Shown: positions 20,451-28,346 of the stretch, one piece after another | How positions within the stretch are numbered: the first letter of the stretch is position 1 | How the letters are laid out: the number at the start of each line of letters is the position of its first letter | Origin: an uncultured bacterium | Lineage (GTDB): Bacteria; Patescibacteriota; Microgenomatia; Levybacterales; UBA12049 | Assembly (NCBI GenBank): GCA_963826535.1 | Contig: CAWGXL010000011.1 | Span: forward strand, 803,521-867,520 | Direction: 5' to 3' | DNA length: 64,000 bases | Notes under the pieces: generated by a model | Seen by the model: the letters and a program-made list of their open reading frames with translations, nothing else | Database searches by the model: none | What the model was told of the DNA's origin: nothing | Translations under genes and position numbers: made by a program

Positions 20451-20508
20451 GAAATTACATATCCTGGTATTATTTCTCTTGGTATAACCTCTTCATATAA
20501 AATTTTTT

Positions 20509-20730
20509 ATGCCGATTAAATTTTCTGTTCACGCAAAAAACCAATTAAAGAGACGGAGAATTCCTCAAAAGTTAGTAGTTGATACAATTCGCAATCCGGA
20601 AAATAAAAGTTCAAGTTTTAATAATAGAATATTGCGACGAAAGTCAGTTGGTGGTAAGATATTGGAAGTAGTAACCAAGACCGAAGGACAGAAAATTACT
20701 GTAATTACTGGTTATTATATAATAGAATAA
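20509..20730 (+). CDS. DUF4258 family putative toxin
   Basis: FSVHAKNQLKRR...VITGY; paired with DUF2283. Confidence 0.8.
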   Translation: MPIKFSVHAKNQLKRRRIPQKLVVDTIRNPENKSSSFNNRILRRKSVGGKILEVVTKTEGQKITVITGYYIIE

Positions 20731-20732
20731 AT

Positions 20733-20933
20733 ATGAAAATTAAATATGATTCAAAAGTTGATGCTGTTTATATTGAATTGGCAAAGGGAAGGTACAAGGT
20801 TAGCCGAGAAATTTCGGACGCGGTTGTTGTGGATGAGGACAGACATGGAAAAGTATTAGGAATTGAAATTTTGGATGCTACGGAAAATATTCCTTCGTTT
20901 GATCCTAAAAAGATTTCAATTCAAACTGCTTAA
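20733..20933 (+). CDS. DUF2283 family putative antitoxin
   Basis: YDSKVDAVYIEL...GKVLGIEILDA. Confidence 0.9.
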   Translation: MKIKYDSKVDAVYIELAKGRYKVSREISDAVVVDEDRHGKVLGIEILDATENIPSFDPKKISIQTA

Positions 20934-20935
20934 TT

Positions 20936-20968
20936 TGATATAATTTCTTCATGAATTTGAGTGTTGGG
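20936..20968 (+). pseudogene. ychF: stranded ychF 5' fragment 1 (-10 box plus MNLSVG)
   Basis: TATAAT-N6-ATG AAT TTG AGT GTT GGG encodes the first 6 residues of YchF. Confidence 0.7.
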
Positions 20969-21101
20969 GAATTCAGGTTATTTATCCAATTTTACAAGTT
21001 AGATTCAAATTAAAGGAAAATACAACTTATCGATAGCAGCATTTTTATATGGCTAAGATAAATAAAAACTATATAAAAAGTATAGAGGAGAATTTAAAAA
21101 T

Positions 21102-22406
21102 ATGAAATCTACTGTAAGCCATATGATTGAAATATTGCCTGATGAAAAAATTTCAGTTTTTAAATCAATTGCTGAAAAATTCGGAACACCGCTGTATGTT
21201 TATTTTGAAGATGAACTTATCAAAAAATTAGAGATATTTAAAGCCATTCCGGCTCCGTATGGTTTGATTGTGCGATACGCTATCAAAGCAAATTCGACAG
21301 CCGCGATAATAAGTTTGTTTGAAAAACAGGGAGCGCATTTTGATGCGAGTACTTTTAACGAATGTAGTCGTTTGATAAAAGGTGCGGGAATAACCGGTGC
21401 AAAAATTCGCTTAACCAGTCAGGAAGTACAGTCACCAGAACAGCTTAAATTTATCGCAAAAAATGGAATTCTCTACACAGCCTGTTCACCACTGCAGCTT
21501 GAGACATACGGAAAAGTAATGCCAAATACAGTGGTAGGCGTACGGTTCAATATCGGCATCGGATCGGGTCACATTCCACAAGTGTCAACAGGGGGAACTA
21601 ATTCATCATTTGGTATTTATCAGCAAAGAGATGAGATTGATGAGCTGCTTAAAAAATATAAACTAACAATCACTACTGCACATTTTCATATCGGTTCAGG
21701 GAGTGATCCTGAGAAACAGAAAATAGCAATTGAGTTGGGATTAAAAATTGTAAAAAACTATCCAACAGTTGACACCATTAATATGGGTGGTGGATTTAGA
21801 GTTGCGATAATGAATTATGAGAAAGCGACTGACGTTGAGGAGGTCGGGGAGAAAATGTGTAGTTCGCTTTCAAATTTTGAAAAAGAAACGGGAAGAAAAA
21901 TCAAGCTTGAAGTCGAGCCGGGGAAAGCTCTTGTGATGAACCCAGGATATATTGTTACAACTGTTGTAGATAAAGTTAGTACAGGGCCTAAAGGAGAAGA
22001 ATTTCTTAAAGTAAATGGAGGGATGAATATGAACGCGCGAATTCCAATGCATGGAGCTGCGCATCCGTTTGTTGTTATTCCAAAAAAAGATAATAAAAAT
22101 GTGCGAAAATATGTAGTAAACGGTATATGTTGTGAAAGCTCTGATATTTTGACAATACGTCCGCGGGAGACGGAAATTATTGAGCCTAGGGCAATGAAGG
22201 AAGCTGAGGTCGGGGATTTATTTATTGTTGGAGGGGCAGGTGGATATTGCTCTTCTATGGCTCCCGTAAATTACAATTCCCAGCAAATTCATCCGGAAAT
22301 TCTGGTAAGAAGTAATGGTAAACTTGATCTTATCAGGAGAAGACAACCCATTGCAGATATTTGGAAATATGAAAGAGTTCCGGAAGATCTTAAATTAAAT
22401 TTATGA
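21102..22406 (+). CDS. lysA: diaminopimelate decarboxylase
   Basis: FGTPLYVY, YAIKAN (PLP Lys), HFHIGS, NMGGG, EPGK, GICCESSD, NYNS. Confidence 0.85.
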   Translation: MKSTVSHMIEILPDEKISVFKSIAEKFGTPLYVYFEDELIKKLEIFKAIPAPYGLIVRYAIKANSTAAIISLFEKQGAHFDASTFNECSRLIKGAGITGAKIRLTSQEVQSPEQLKFIAKNGILYTACSPLQLETYGKVMPNTVVGVRFNIGIGSGHIPQVSTGGTNSSFGIYQQRDEIDELLKKYKLTITTAHFHIGSGSDPEKQKIAIELGLKIVKNYPTVDTINMGGGFRVAIMNYEKATDVEEVGEKMCSSLSNFEKETGRKIKLEVEPGKALVMNPGYIVTTVVDKVSTGPKGEEFLKVNGGMNMNARIPMHGAAHPFVVIPKKDNKNVRKYVVNGICCESSDILTIRPRETEIIEPRAMKEAEVGDLFIVGGAGGYCSSMAPVNYNSQQIHPEILVRSNGKLDLIRRRQPIADIWKYERVPEDLKLNL

Positions 22407-22966
22407 AAAATGCATTTATTATTCATGGAGCATATGGAAATCCGGAAGAAAACTGGATTACGTGGCTAAAGCAGGAACTGGAAAATATTGGTATCGCAAC
22501 AATTGTCCCCAAATTTCCAACTCCCGAAGGGCAGAATCTTGAAAACTGGATGAAGGCTTTTGAACCTTTCAAAAAACAATTAAACCATGAGTCCATTATC
22601 ATAGGACATAGTATTGGAGTAGCATTTATCTTGAGAGTTTTGGAGAGTATCGACGTTAAAATTAAGGCAGCATTTTTAGTTGCGGGGTTTTTAAAGGGAA
22701 TAGGGGATGCGGAATTGGATGCTATGAACGAAACTTTTTACGGAAAACCTTTTGATTGGAAAAAAATCAGGAAAAATTGTCGAGAGTTTGTGTGCTACAG
22801 TTCGGATAATGATCCTTTTGTACCGCTGTGGCAGGGGCAGGAAGTGGCGGACGGGGTGGGAGTAGAAATATCACTGGTTAAAGGCGCGGGACATTTTAAT
22901 ACGAAAGCAGGATATACGAAGTTTCCGCTTTTGCTTGAGAGAATAAGGTCATTATGGAAGGAATAG
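22403..22966 (+). CDS. RBBP9/YdeN family alpha/beta hydrolase
   Basis: IIHG, GHSIG, SDNDPFV, GAGHFN. Confidence 0.92.
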   Translation: MKNAFIIHGAYGNPEENWITWLKQELENIGIATIVPKFPTPEGQNLENWMKAFEPFKKQLNHESIIIGHSIGVAFILRVLESIDVKIKAAFLVAGFLKGIGDAELDAMNETFYGKPFDWKKIRKNCREFVCYSSDNDPFVPLWQGQEVADGVGVEISLVKGAGHFNTKAGYTKFPLLLERIRSLWKE

Positions 22967-23021
22967 TAGGATGTGAGTCTTTTTGTTGTACTTACACCAG
23001 ATAAATTGTAGACTATACTAT

Positions 23022-23342
23022 ATGTCCCTTGGAGTCGTGGCTTCAAAGAATAAAGTCCCTATTCGTTTAACCGAAGAACGGTGGATTCATATAACTACAG
23101 CTCATCCGGAAATCGATCCTTCTGAGTCAACTTTTGCATTAGATATTGTTAAAAGTCCGGAGGCGGTTTTAGCAGGTGATAGAGATGAATTACTTGCCGT
23201 TAAGAAGAAGAATAGAAAGAAAGTATGGTTTGTGGTAGTATATAAGGAGATTAATAGTAAAGATGGGTTTATTTTGACAGCTTATTTAACTACTGATGAG
23301 AGGTGGTTGTTTAAGAGAAAGGTTGTATGGAGCAGAACATAA
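23022..23342 (+). CDS. putative toxin partner of DUF2283
   Basis: IRLTEERWIHI..HPE and GFILTAY; overlaps the downstream DUF2283 gene. Confidence 0.7.
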   Translation: MSLGVVASKNKVPIRLTEERWIHITTAHPEIDPSESTFALDIVKSPEAVLAGDRDELLAVKKKNRKKVWFVVVYKEINSKDGFILTAYLTTDERWLFKRKVVWSRT

Positions 23343-23569
23343 TTAAATCAACTACTGGCGTGATAAGTAATATTCTGGGTTTGGCGAAACTTGGGGATTC
23401 TAAGTTGTGGATTGATTATGATAAAGATGCGGATGTTTTGTATGTAAGTTTTGGTAAACCTCAAAAGGCTGATGATTCTATTCAAGGTGAGGATGGAATT
23501 GTCCGCAGGAAAAAGAAGAATAAGTTGATTGGTTTAACTTTCCTCAACGCAAGTAGGTTTGCAAAGTAA
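23327..23569 (+). CDS. DUF2283 family protein
   Basis: DYDKDADVLYVSFGKP...LIGLTFLNAS. Confidence 0.88.
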   Translation: MEQNIIKSTTGVISNILGLAKLGDSKLWIDYDKDADVLYVSFGKPQKADDSIQGEDGIVRRKKKNKLIGLTFLNASRFAK

Positions 23570-23628
23570 TATGTATTAGTACTTTTTAGTTTTGTTTTTT
23601 TCACCCTTTTGGTATAATTAGCTCAACT

Positions 23629-23916
23629 ATGTTTAATAAAGAAAGCAAGAAGAATTGTCCGTATTGCGATTATGAAGATTCAGTAAAAAATTTTATGACT
23701 TGGGAAAACGATAACGAGAGAGGCGCGCTTGGTAAGACTCCAGATGGCTTCATAATGATTCTTTGTCCAAAATGCAAAAATCATATCAAATATGATACTT
23801 TGGGAAATTCTTTTTTGAAAAAAAATCAAAGAGCAAATAGTACTCTTGTATTCAATTCAATTTTCGTATTAGTAATATTGCTCGTACTTTATTTTCTAAT
23901 AAAAGTATTTTTTTAA
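23629..23916 (+). CDS. zinc-ribbon protein with C-terminal TM
   Basis: CPYC and CPKC; hydrophobic C-terminus. Confidence 0.7.
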   Translation: MFNKESKKNCPYCDYEDSVKNFMTWENDNERGALGKTPDGFIMILCPKCKNHIKYDTLGNSFLKKNQRANSTLVFNSIFVLVILLVLYFLIKVFF

Positions 23917-23998
23917 ATATAATATTATTTTTCGGGTGGGATAGGTTGCCATTTCATTTTATTTCGTACTATTCCTAAATCTGATATAATTGCACGAA

Positions 23999-24220
23999 AT
24001 GAAAAGTAATAAACTCATCCGTTGCCCAGCAGGACTTAGATTTCTTTATGGGGCGCTAATAACTTTTATTGAAGAGAAAAATATATTACGGAAAAATATT
24101 GCCGATTACCCTGAAAGACAATCTTCGAAATACAATAAAGTTACTATTGAAAAGCTTGATAGGGTAATCAAAAAGACAGAAATTTTAATAAAAGAAACTG
24201 AAAAAGATTTGAAAACGTAG
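23999..24220 (+). CDS. hypothetical protein
   Basis: Short ORF with TATAAT just upstream. Confidence 0.55.
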   Translation: MKSNKLIRCPAGLRFLYGALITFIEEKNILRKNIADYPERQSSKYNKVTIEKLDRVIKKTEILIKETEKDLKT

Positions 24221-24233
24221 CTCTGTTCATTTC

Positions 24234-24337
24234 TTGGTAAAATCACATCTATGAATCTATCTGTGGGAATTGTTGGGTTGCCGAATGTTGGGAAGTCGAC
24301 TTTGTTTAATGCTATTGAAGAAGTAGGCGGGACTTGA
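24234..24337 (+). pseudogene. ychF: stranded ychF 5' fragment 2 (promoter plus [21 protein letters not shown])
   Basis: ATG 24251 gives 21 residues identical to the YchF N-terminus (full P-loop) with different synonymous codons; upstream CTTGGTAAAATCACATCT resembles ychF CTTGGTATAATCAGATGT. Confidence 0.93.
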
Positions 24338-24376
24338 CAGGATAGCTAATAAGTTATAACATTGTTATAATATAAT
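24334..24376 (+). promoter_or_regulatory. TA operon promoter with palindromic operator
   Basis: TTGACA at 24334; palindrome TTATAAC-ATT-GTTATAA at 24354-24370; TATAAT at 24371; GGAGG SD before the antitoxin. Confidence 0.6.
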
Positions 24377-24388
24377 TTTGGAGGTGAT

Positions 24389-24628
24389 ATGCAGCAGAAG
24401 GTAATACAAATAGGGAATTCGTCAGGAATCACCTTACCGCGATCTATAAGACAGAATGCGGGATTGAAACCTGGAGATAAAGTCGAGGTCAATACAAAGG
24501 GCTCGGATATTATTATTTCTCCTGTTAAGAAGGTAAAAGTGGCGGGTGTAAACGCGAAATTTGTGAAAATGGTTGATGAGTTTATTAATGAACATGAAGA
24601 TGTACTCCGGGAACTCGCCAATAGATGA
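24389..24628 (+). CDS. AbrB/MazE-type antitoxin
   Basis: KVIQIGNSSGITLP...GLKPGD...LRELA. Confidence 0.9.
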   Translation: MQQKVIQIGNSSGITLPRSIRQNAGLKPGDKVEVNTKGSDIIISPVKKVKVAGVNAKFVKMVDEFINEHEDVLRELANR

Positions 24629-25008
24629 AATACCTTACTCCTCAGCGTGTATTGGCGATTCATGATCAATTAATCAAGAGATTCGGAGGGTCATTTGGGT
24701 TGCGAGATTTGGGTCTGCTTGAGTCTGCGGTTGCAAGACCGAGGGCAAGTTATGGAGGGGAAGATCTCTACCGGACAATTTTTGATAAAGCCGCTGCTCT
24801 TCTTCATTCGCTTTTAAAAAATCATATGTTCGTAGATGGGAATAAGCGGACAGCTCTTGCTTCAGCGGGTGTATTTTTGAAATTGAATGGATACAAGCTT
24901 ATAAATAAACATAATGAAGAGTTGGAATTTGCACTTAAAGTGGAAAGTGAAAGTTTGTCTTTGGAGGAAATTGCGGAGTGGCTTGAGAAGAATAGTACTG
25001 AGGTTTGA
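24625..25008 (+). CDS. doc: Doc (death-on-curing) toxin
   Basis: GLRDLGLLESAVARP, KAAAL, NHMFVDGNKRTA. Confidence 0.92.
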   Translation: MKYLTPQRVLAIHDQLIKRFGGSFGLRDLGLLESAVARPRASYGGEDLYRTIFDKAAALLHSLLKNHMFVDGNKRTALASAGVFLKLNGYKLINKHNEELEFALKVESESLSLEEIAEWLEKNSTEV

Positions 25009-25116
25009 AGCTGGGGGTTTAATGAGGTAGTATGCGTTGCGGCCAGTCCTACTGTCATCACCCAAGTCAAAAGACTAATTTAATCCTCAAATTAATCTTT
25101 TAATACACTTTGCCAC

Positions 25117-25145
25117 TTGACAGCTTCATATACATGTGATATAAA
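25117..25145 (+). promoter_or_regulatory. sigma70-type promoter
   Basis: TTGACA-N17-TATAAA with TG extension, 9 nt before ATG 25155. Confidence 0.7.
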
Positions 25146-25154
25146 AAGATTATC

Positions 25155-25994
25155 ATGATTAATGAATCCGTACAGTCAGATAAAAAGGAAACTCAAAGCG
25201 TAACTAATGCCTCATCACCTCAGAAAAGAAAGCGGGGAGCATTTCCTCGACTATCTCTTAAAAAGAGTTTGGAACTTTCTAAGGCTATATATAAGCTTGG
25301 ACAAGGTGAGCCAATTAGAAGGTTAAACATTTTTGATAGTTTAGGAAAATCGGCAGAAAGTGGTTCAAGCAGGAGTTTAGTCACTAATTCAAGCGCTTAT
25401 GGTTTAACAAAAGGAGGCTATCAAGCTGATTATTTGGAGCTGACAGAAAAAGGGAAAATGCTAATTTCTATCAATGAAGAAAGGAAGAAATATGAAGTCG
25501 CATACGATATTTTATTTGCCAATGATCTTTTTTCAGGTTTTATTGAATATTGGAAAAATAAACAGCTTCCGTCAGATGAAATAGCTCCAGATTGGTTTGT
25601 GAGAAATTTTCAACTTACAGCCTCAGATGCAAAAGCAGCTTGGGATGTAATAAAAGAGAATATAGACGATTGGAAGCTTACAGAATTGCTTTCGGGTAAA
25701 CAGGTAATTCTTTCTAAAGATATTGCTTCAGAGAGCTTGAAGAAAATATTTGGAAATTTACATGAAGCAGAAATACTTGAGGCAACCAGAGGTATCTCTG
25801 AGACGCTTACAAAAGTAGAAGAGAAAGAACCATCTCTGGTGCAGTCTAATACTATTGAACAAGGGTTAGCTGGATTTGAGAGAAAATATACATATGGCAC
25901 AGCCCGTATGATTTTTCCTGCAAAAATGAAACAAACAGAATTGGATAAGATGAAAATGGCAATTGATGGACTAGTAGAAGTTGTAGAACCATAA
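25155..25994 (+). CDS. hypothetical, probably winged-helix protein
   Basis: FPRLSLKKSLEL...SGSSRSLVTNSSAYGL...ELTEKG pattern recalls wHTH N-termini of accessory/defence proteins; recognised by eye only. Confidence 0.6.
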   Translation: MINESVQSDKKETQSVTNASSPQKRKRGAFPRLSLKKSLELSKAIYKLGQGEPIRRLNIFDSLGKSAESGSSRSLVTNSSAYGLTKGGYQADYLELTEKGKMLISINEERKKYEVAYDILFANDLFSGFIEYWKNKQLPSDEIAPDWFVRNFQLTASDAKAAWDVIKENIDDWKLTELLSGKQVILSKDIASESLKKIFGNLHEAEILEATRGISETLTKVEEKEPSLVQSNTIEQGLAGFERKYTYGTARMIFPAKMKQTELDKMKMAIDGLVEVVEP

Positions 25995-26000
25995 TTAATT

Positions 26001-26122
26001 GGGGAGCGTATCCAACGAGGCCGAAGGTAAGTAGTGTCCAAAGCTACTACGTCGATGCGATATATTTTGATATCAATATGCTCTGAGGCGTTCCGTCACA
26101 GGTTCGAATCCTGTCCTCCCCA
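26001..26122 (+). ncRNA. atypical tRNA-like RNA (anticodon CCA, very long variable arm)
   Basis: Acceptor GGGGAG(C)G/CCTCCCC; D-like TCC..GGCCGAAGG; anticodon stem AGTAGT/GCTACT with loop GTCCAAA; T arm ACAGG-TTCGAAT-CCTGT. Confidence 0.75.
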
Positions 26123-26199
26123 GTGCTAAATCTATTAATAGTTGAAATTTTAGCTTCAATTTGCTATTATGATTGTGATATCAAAATGTACTAGCAAAC

Positions 26200-26222
26200 A
26201 ACCTCCTTCTGGAGGTTTTTTG
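26200..26222 (+). terminator. intrinsic terminator
   Basis: AACCTCC-TTCT-GGAGGTT followed by a T run. Confidence 0.8.
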
Positions 26223-26234
26223 TGGGTAAAATTG

Positions 26235-26299
26235 CTATAATCCTATTTATGAACTTATCGGTGGGGATTGTGGGATTGCCGAATGCGTGGGGGAGTTGA
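26235..26299 (+). pseudogene. ychF: stranded ychF 5' fragment 3 (-10 box plus [12 protein letters not shown])
   Basis: TATAAT-N7-ATG at 26249; 12 identical residues with a third set of synonymous codons. Confidence 0.9.
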
Positions 26300-26356
26300 C
26301 TTTCTCTTATAAGATTATTACATGATATTGGAAATGTTCTATGGTATACTACAACT

Positions 26357-26821
26357 ATGGATAAGGTATCAATTTCTGTTCGAAAACTTAGAAGTAATCT
26401 TGAGAAAATTTTAGGCCTTAAAATTTCTATAGCTTGGAAAGGTTTTGGTTCTGCACTTTTTCTAGAATTGGGGAATCTTCATGAAGAATTAGCATGGGAA
26501 AAAGGAGGGAAAATTACTACTGCTAAAGTGGGCGAATGGACTTTATCAAGTGCTGGCGCCTGGAAATTACTTAGAAATGGAAGGATGTTGCTAGATGCTG
26601 AAAAAGCAAAAGAGTCTCAAATTGAAAAAGTGATTAAAGGTTTTGAAAATCTTACTATAAAGTCAGTAGATATCAGTGATAAGCTAGTATTGCGTTTATT
26701 AAATAATGAGATTATTGAGTTTAATAAAGCAGAATATGGGTTTTTCAATTTGTTATTAAATGAAAAGACGAATATAGGTTATGAGAATGATAAGCCGTAT
26801 ATTCAGCAGTTAAGTCTATAA
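26357..26821 (+). CDS. hypothetical protein
   Basis: 154-aa ORF with GFGSALFLELG...GEWTL...AWKL. Confidence 0.7.
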   Translation: MDKVSISVRKLRSNLEKILGLKISIAWKGFGSALFLELGNLHEELAWEKGGKITTAKVGEWTLSSAGAWKLLRNGRMLLDAEKAKESQIEKVIKGFENLTIKSVDISDKLVLRLLNNEIIEFNKAEYGFFNLLLNEKTNIGYENDKPYIQQLSL

Positions 26822-26828
26822 ATAATAT

Positions 26829-27035
26829 TTATCTTCTTTTCGTTTTTTTAACGTCACCAGCTACTTCTAAAAATTCATTACCCTTTTCTAAAAGTTCCCG
26901 GAAAGAAAAGCTATTTGATTCCTTTTGGTAATATTTTCCAAGGTATCGATGGAATTTGTTCTTTTGACTTAGATCGGTAATGCCTAGCTTTTTGCAAATA
27001 CTCTCAAAATCTTTATTTTTATCTCTATTTGTCAT
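26829..27035 (-). CDS. small hypothetical protein
   Basis: 68-aa ORF convergent with the previous gene. Confidence 0.55.
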   Translation of the reverse strand: MTNRDKNKDFESICKKLGITDLSQKNKFHRYLGKYYQKESNSFSFRELLEKGNEFLEVAGDVKKTKRR

Positions 27036-27116
27036 AGTGAAACATTTTTAATTTGTCCTCATTATATCAAAGTTTTTTTATTTCGTTTCTTTTTGTAACT
27101 TGGTATAATCAGATGT

Positions 27117-28346
27117 ATGAATCTTTCTGTTGGGATAGTCGGATTACCAAACGTAGGAAAATCTACTTTGTTTAATGCGCTTTTGAAGAAGCAGCAGGCG
27201 TTGGCGGCGAATTATCCGTTTGCTACTATTGAGCCGAATGTGGGTGTGGTGGCGGTGGCGGATTCGCGGTTGGAGAGGTTGGCGGAGATTGTGGCAGAGG
27301 AGATGCGGGGTCCTGTCGCTCCCTCGTCCCGTCCGATGTCCTCGGTCGCAGGCTCCCTGCGGGCACTCGACGGGACACCCTCCGGTCGCGCCACCCCTTC
27401 TTTACCTCCGATAAAGCCGGCGATGATTTCTTTTGTGGATATTGCGGGGCTTGTGAAGGGGGCTTCGGAGGGGGCGGGGTTGGGGAATAAGTTTTTGTCG
27501 CATATTCGGGAGGTTAGGATTATTGCGCATGTTGTGCGGGCTTTTTCAGACGCGGATGTGGTGCGGGAGGGGAGTGTGGATCCTCAGAATGATTATATAA
27601 CTATAGGGACAGAGTTGATTCTTGCGGATTTGCAGACGGTTGAGAAGCAGCGGAAGAGTAAGGCGGTGAAGACTGATGTGGTGAAGAAGTTGGCGATTGA
27701 GAAATTGTATAAGGCATTAAATCAGGGAAATGCTGCGAGGGAAGTTGTATTGACAGATGAAGAAAAAGAATCAATTAGTGATTTATTTTTGTTATCAGGT
27801 AAGGCGGAAGTTATTGTTCTTAATGTTTCGGAGCAGGATTATACAAAAGATAAAATTCCTGAGATTATAAAAAAATATTCTGAATATTTTCAAGGTGGTA
27901 GTTCGTCGACCTCACCCCAACACTCTCCTAATAGGAGAGGGAGTAATTCTATGATTGTCATATGCGCGAAAATTGAGTCGGAACTTTCGGAGTTGTCGGA
28001 GGAGGAACAGAAGGAATATTTAAAAGGATTGGGTCTCACGCAATCGGGATTGGAGCGATTGATTCAAAAGGCTTATGAAACTTTGGGACTTATATCTTTT
28101 TTGACAGCGGGGGAGAAAGAGGTGAGAGCTTGGACTATAAGAAAAGGTATAAGCGCGCAAATGGCGGCGGGGGAGATTCATACGGATTTTATTAAGAAGT
28201 TTATTAAGGCGGAAGTTGTGGGATATGATGACTTTGTTGAAGTAGGCGGGTGGAAGAAGGCAAGGGAGCAAGGGAGGGCGAGGCAAGAGGGAAGGGATTA
28301 TTTGATGAAGGACGGGGATGTAGTGGAGTTTAAAATAGGAACTTAG
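27117..28346 (+). CDS. ychF: redox-regulated ATPase YchF, with two in-frame insertions
   Basis: [60 protein letters not shown]. Confidence 0.97.
   Translation: MNLSVGIVGLPNVGKSTLFNALLKKQQALAANYPFATIEPNVGVVAVADSRLERLAEIVAEEMRGPVAPSSRPMSSVAGSLRALDGTPSGRATPSLPPIKPAMISFVDIAGLVKGASEGAGLGNKFLSHIREVRIIAHVVRAFSDADVVREGSVDPQNDYITIGTELILADLQTVEKQRKSKAVKTDVVKKLAIEKLYKALNQGNAAREVVLTDEEKESISDLFLLSGKAEVIVLNVSEQDYTKDKIPEIIKKYSEYFQGGSSSTSPQHSPNRRGSNSMIVICAKIESELSELSEEEQKEYLKGLGLTQSGLERLIQKAYETLGLISFLTAGEKEVRAWTIRKGISAQMAAGEIHTDFIKKFIKAEVVGYDDFVEVGGWKKAREQGRARQEGRDYLMKDGDVVEFKIGT
27307..27397. repeat. GC-rich palindromic element inserted in frame in ychF
   Basis: Matches 4461-4590; encodes [30 protein letters not shown]. 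Confidence 0.9.

Noticed and set aside
23917-23951. TATAAT followed by TTTTCGGGTGGGATAGGTTGCCA, a possible fourth decayed ychF 5' fragment
   Set aside because: No ATG and the alignment needs gaps; too short to separate from chance.
26001-26122. tmRNA or canonical tRNA-Sec
   Set aside because: Too short for tmRNA, with no G3-U70 pair or tag ORF; the anticodon reads CCA, not UCA.
14284-27035. Classical integron
   Set aside because: No tyrosine recombinase and no recognisable attC (RYYYAAC...GTTRRRY) between cassettes.
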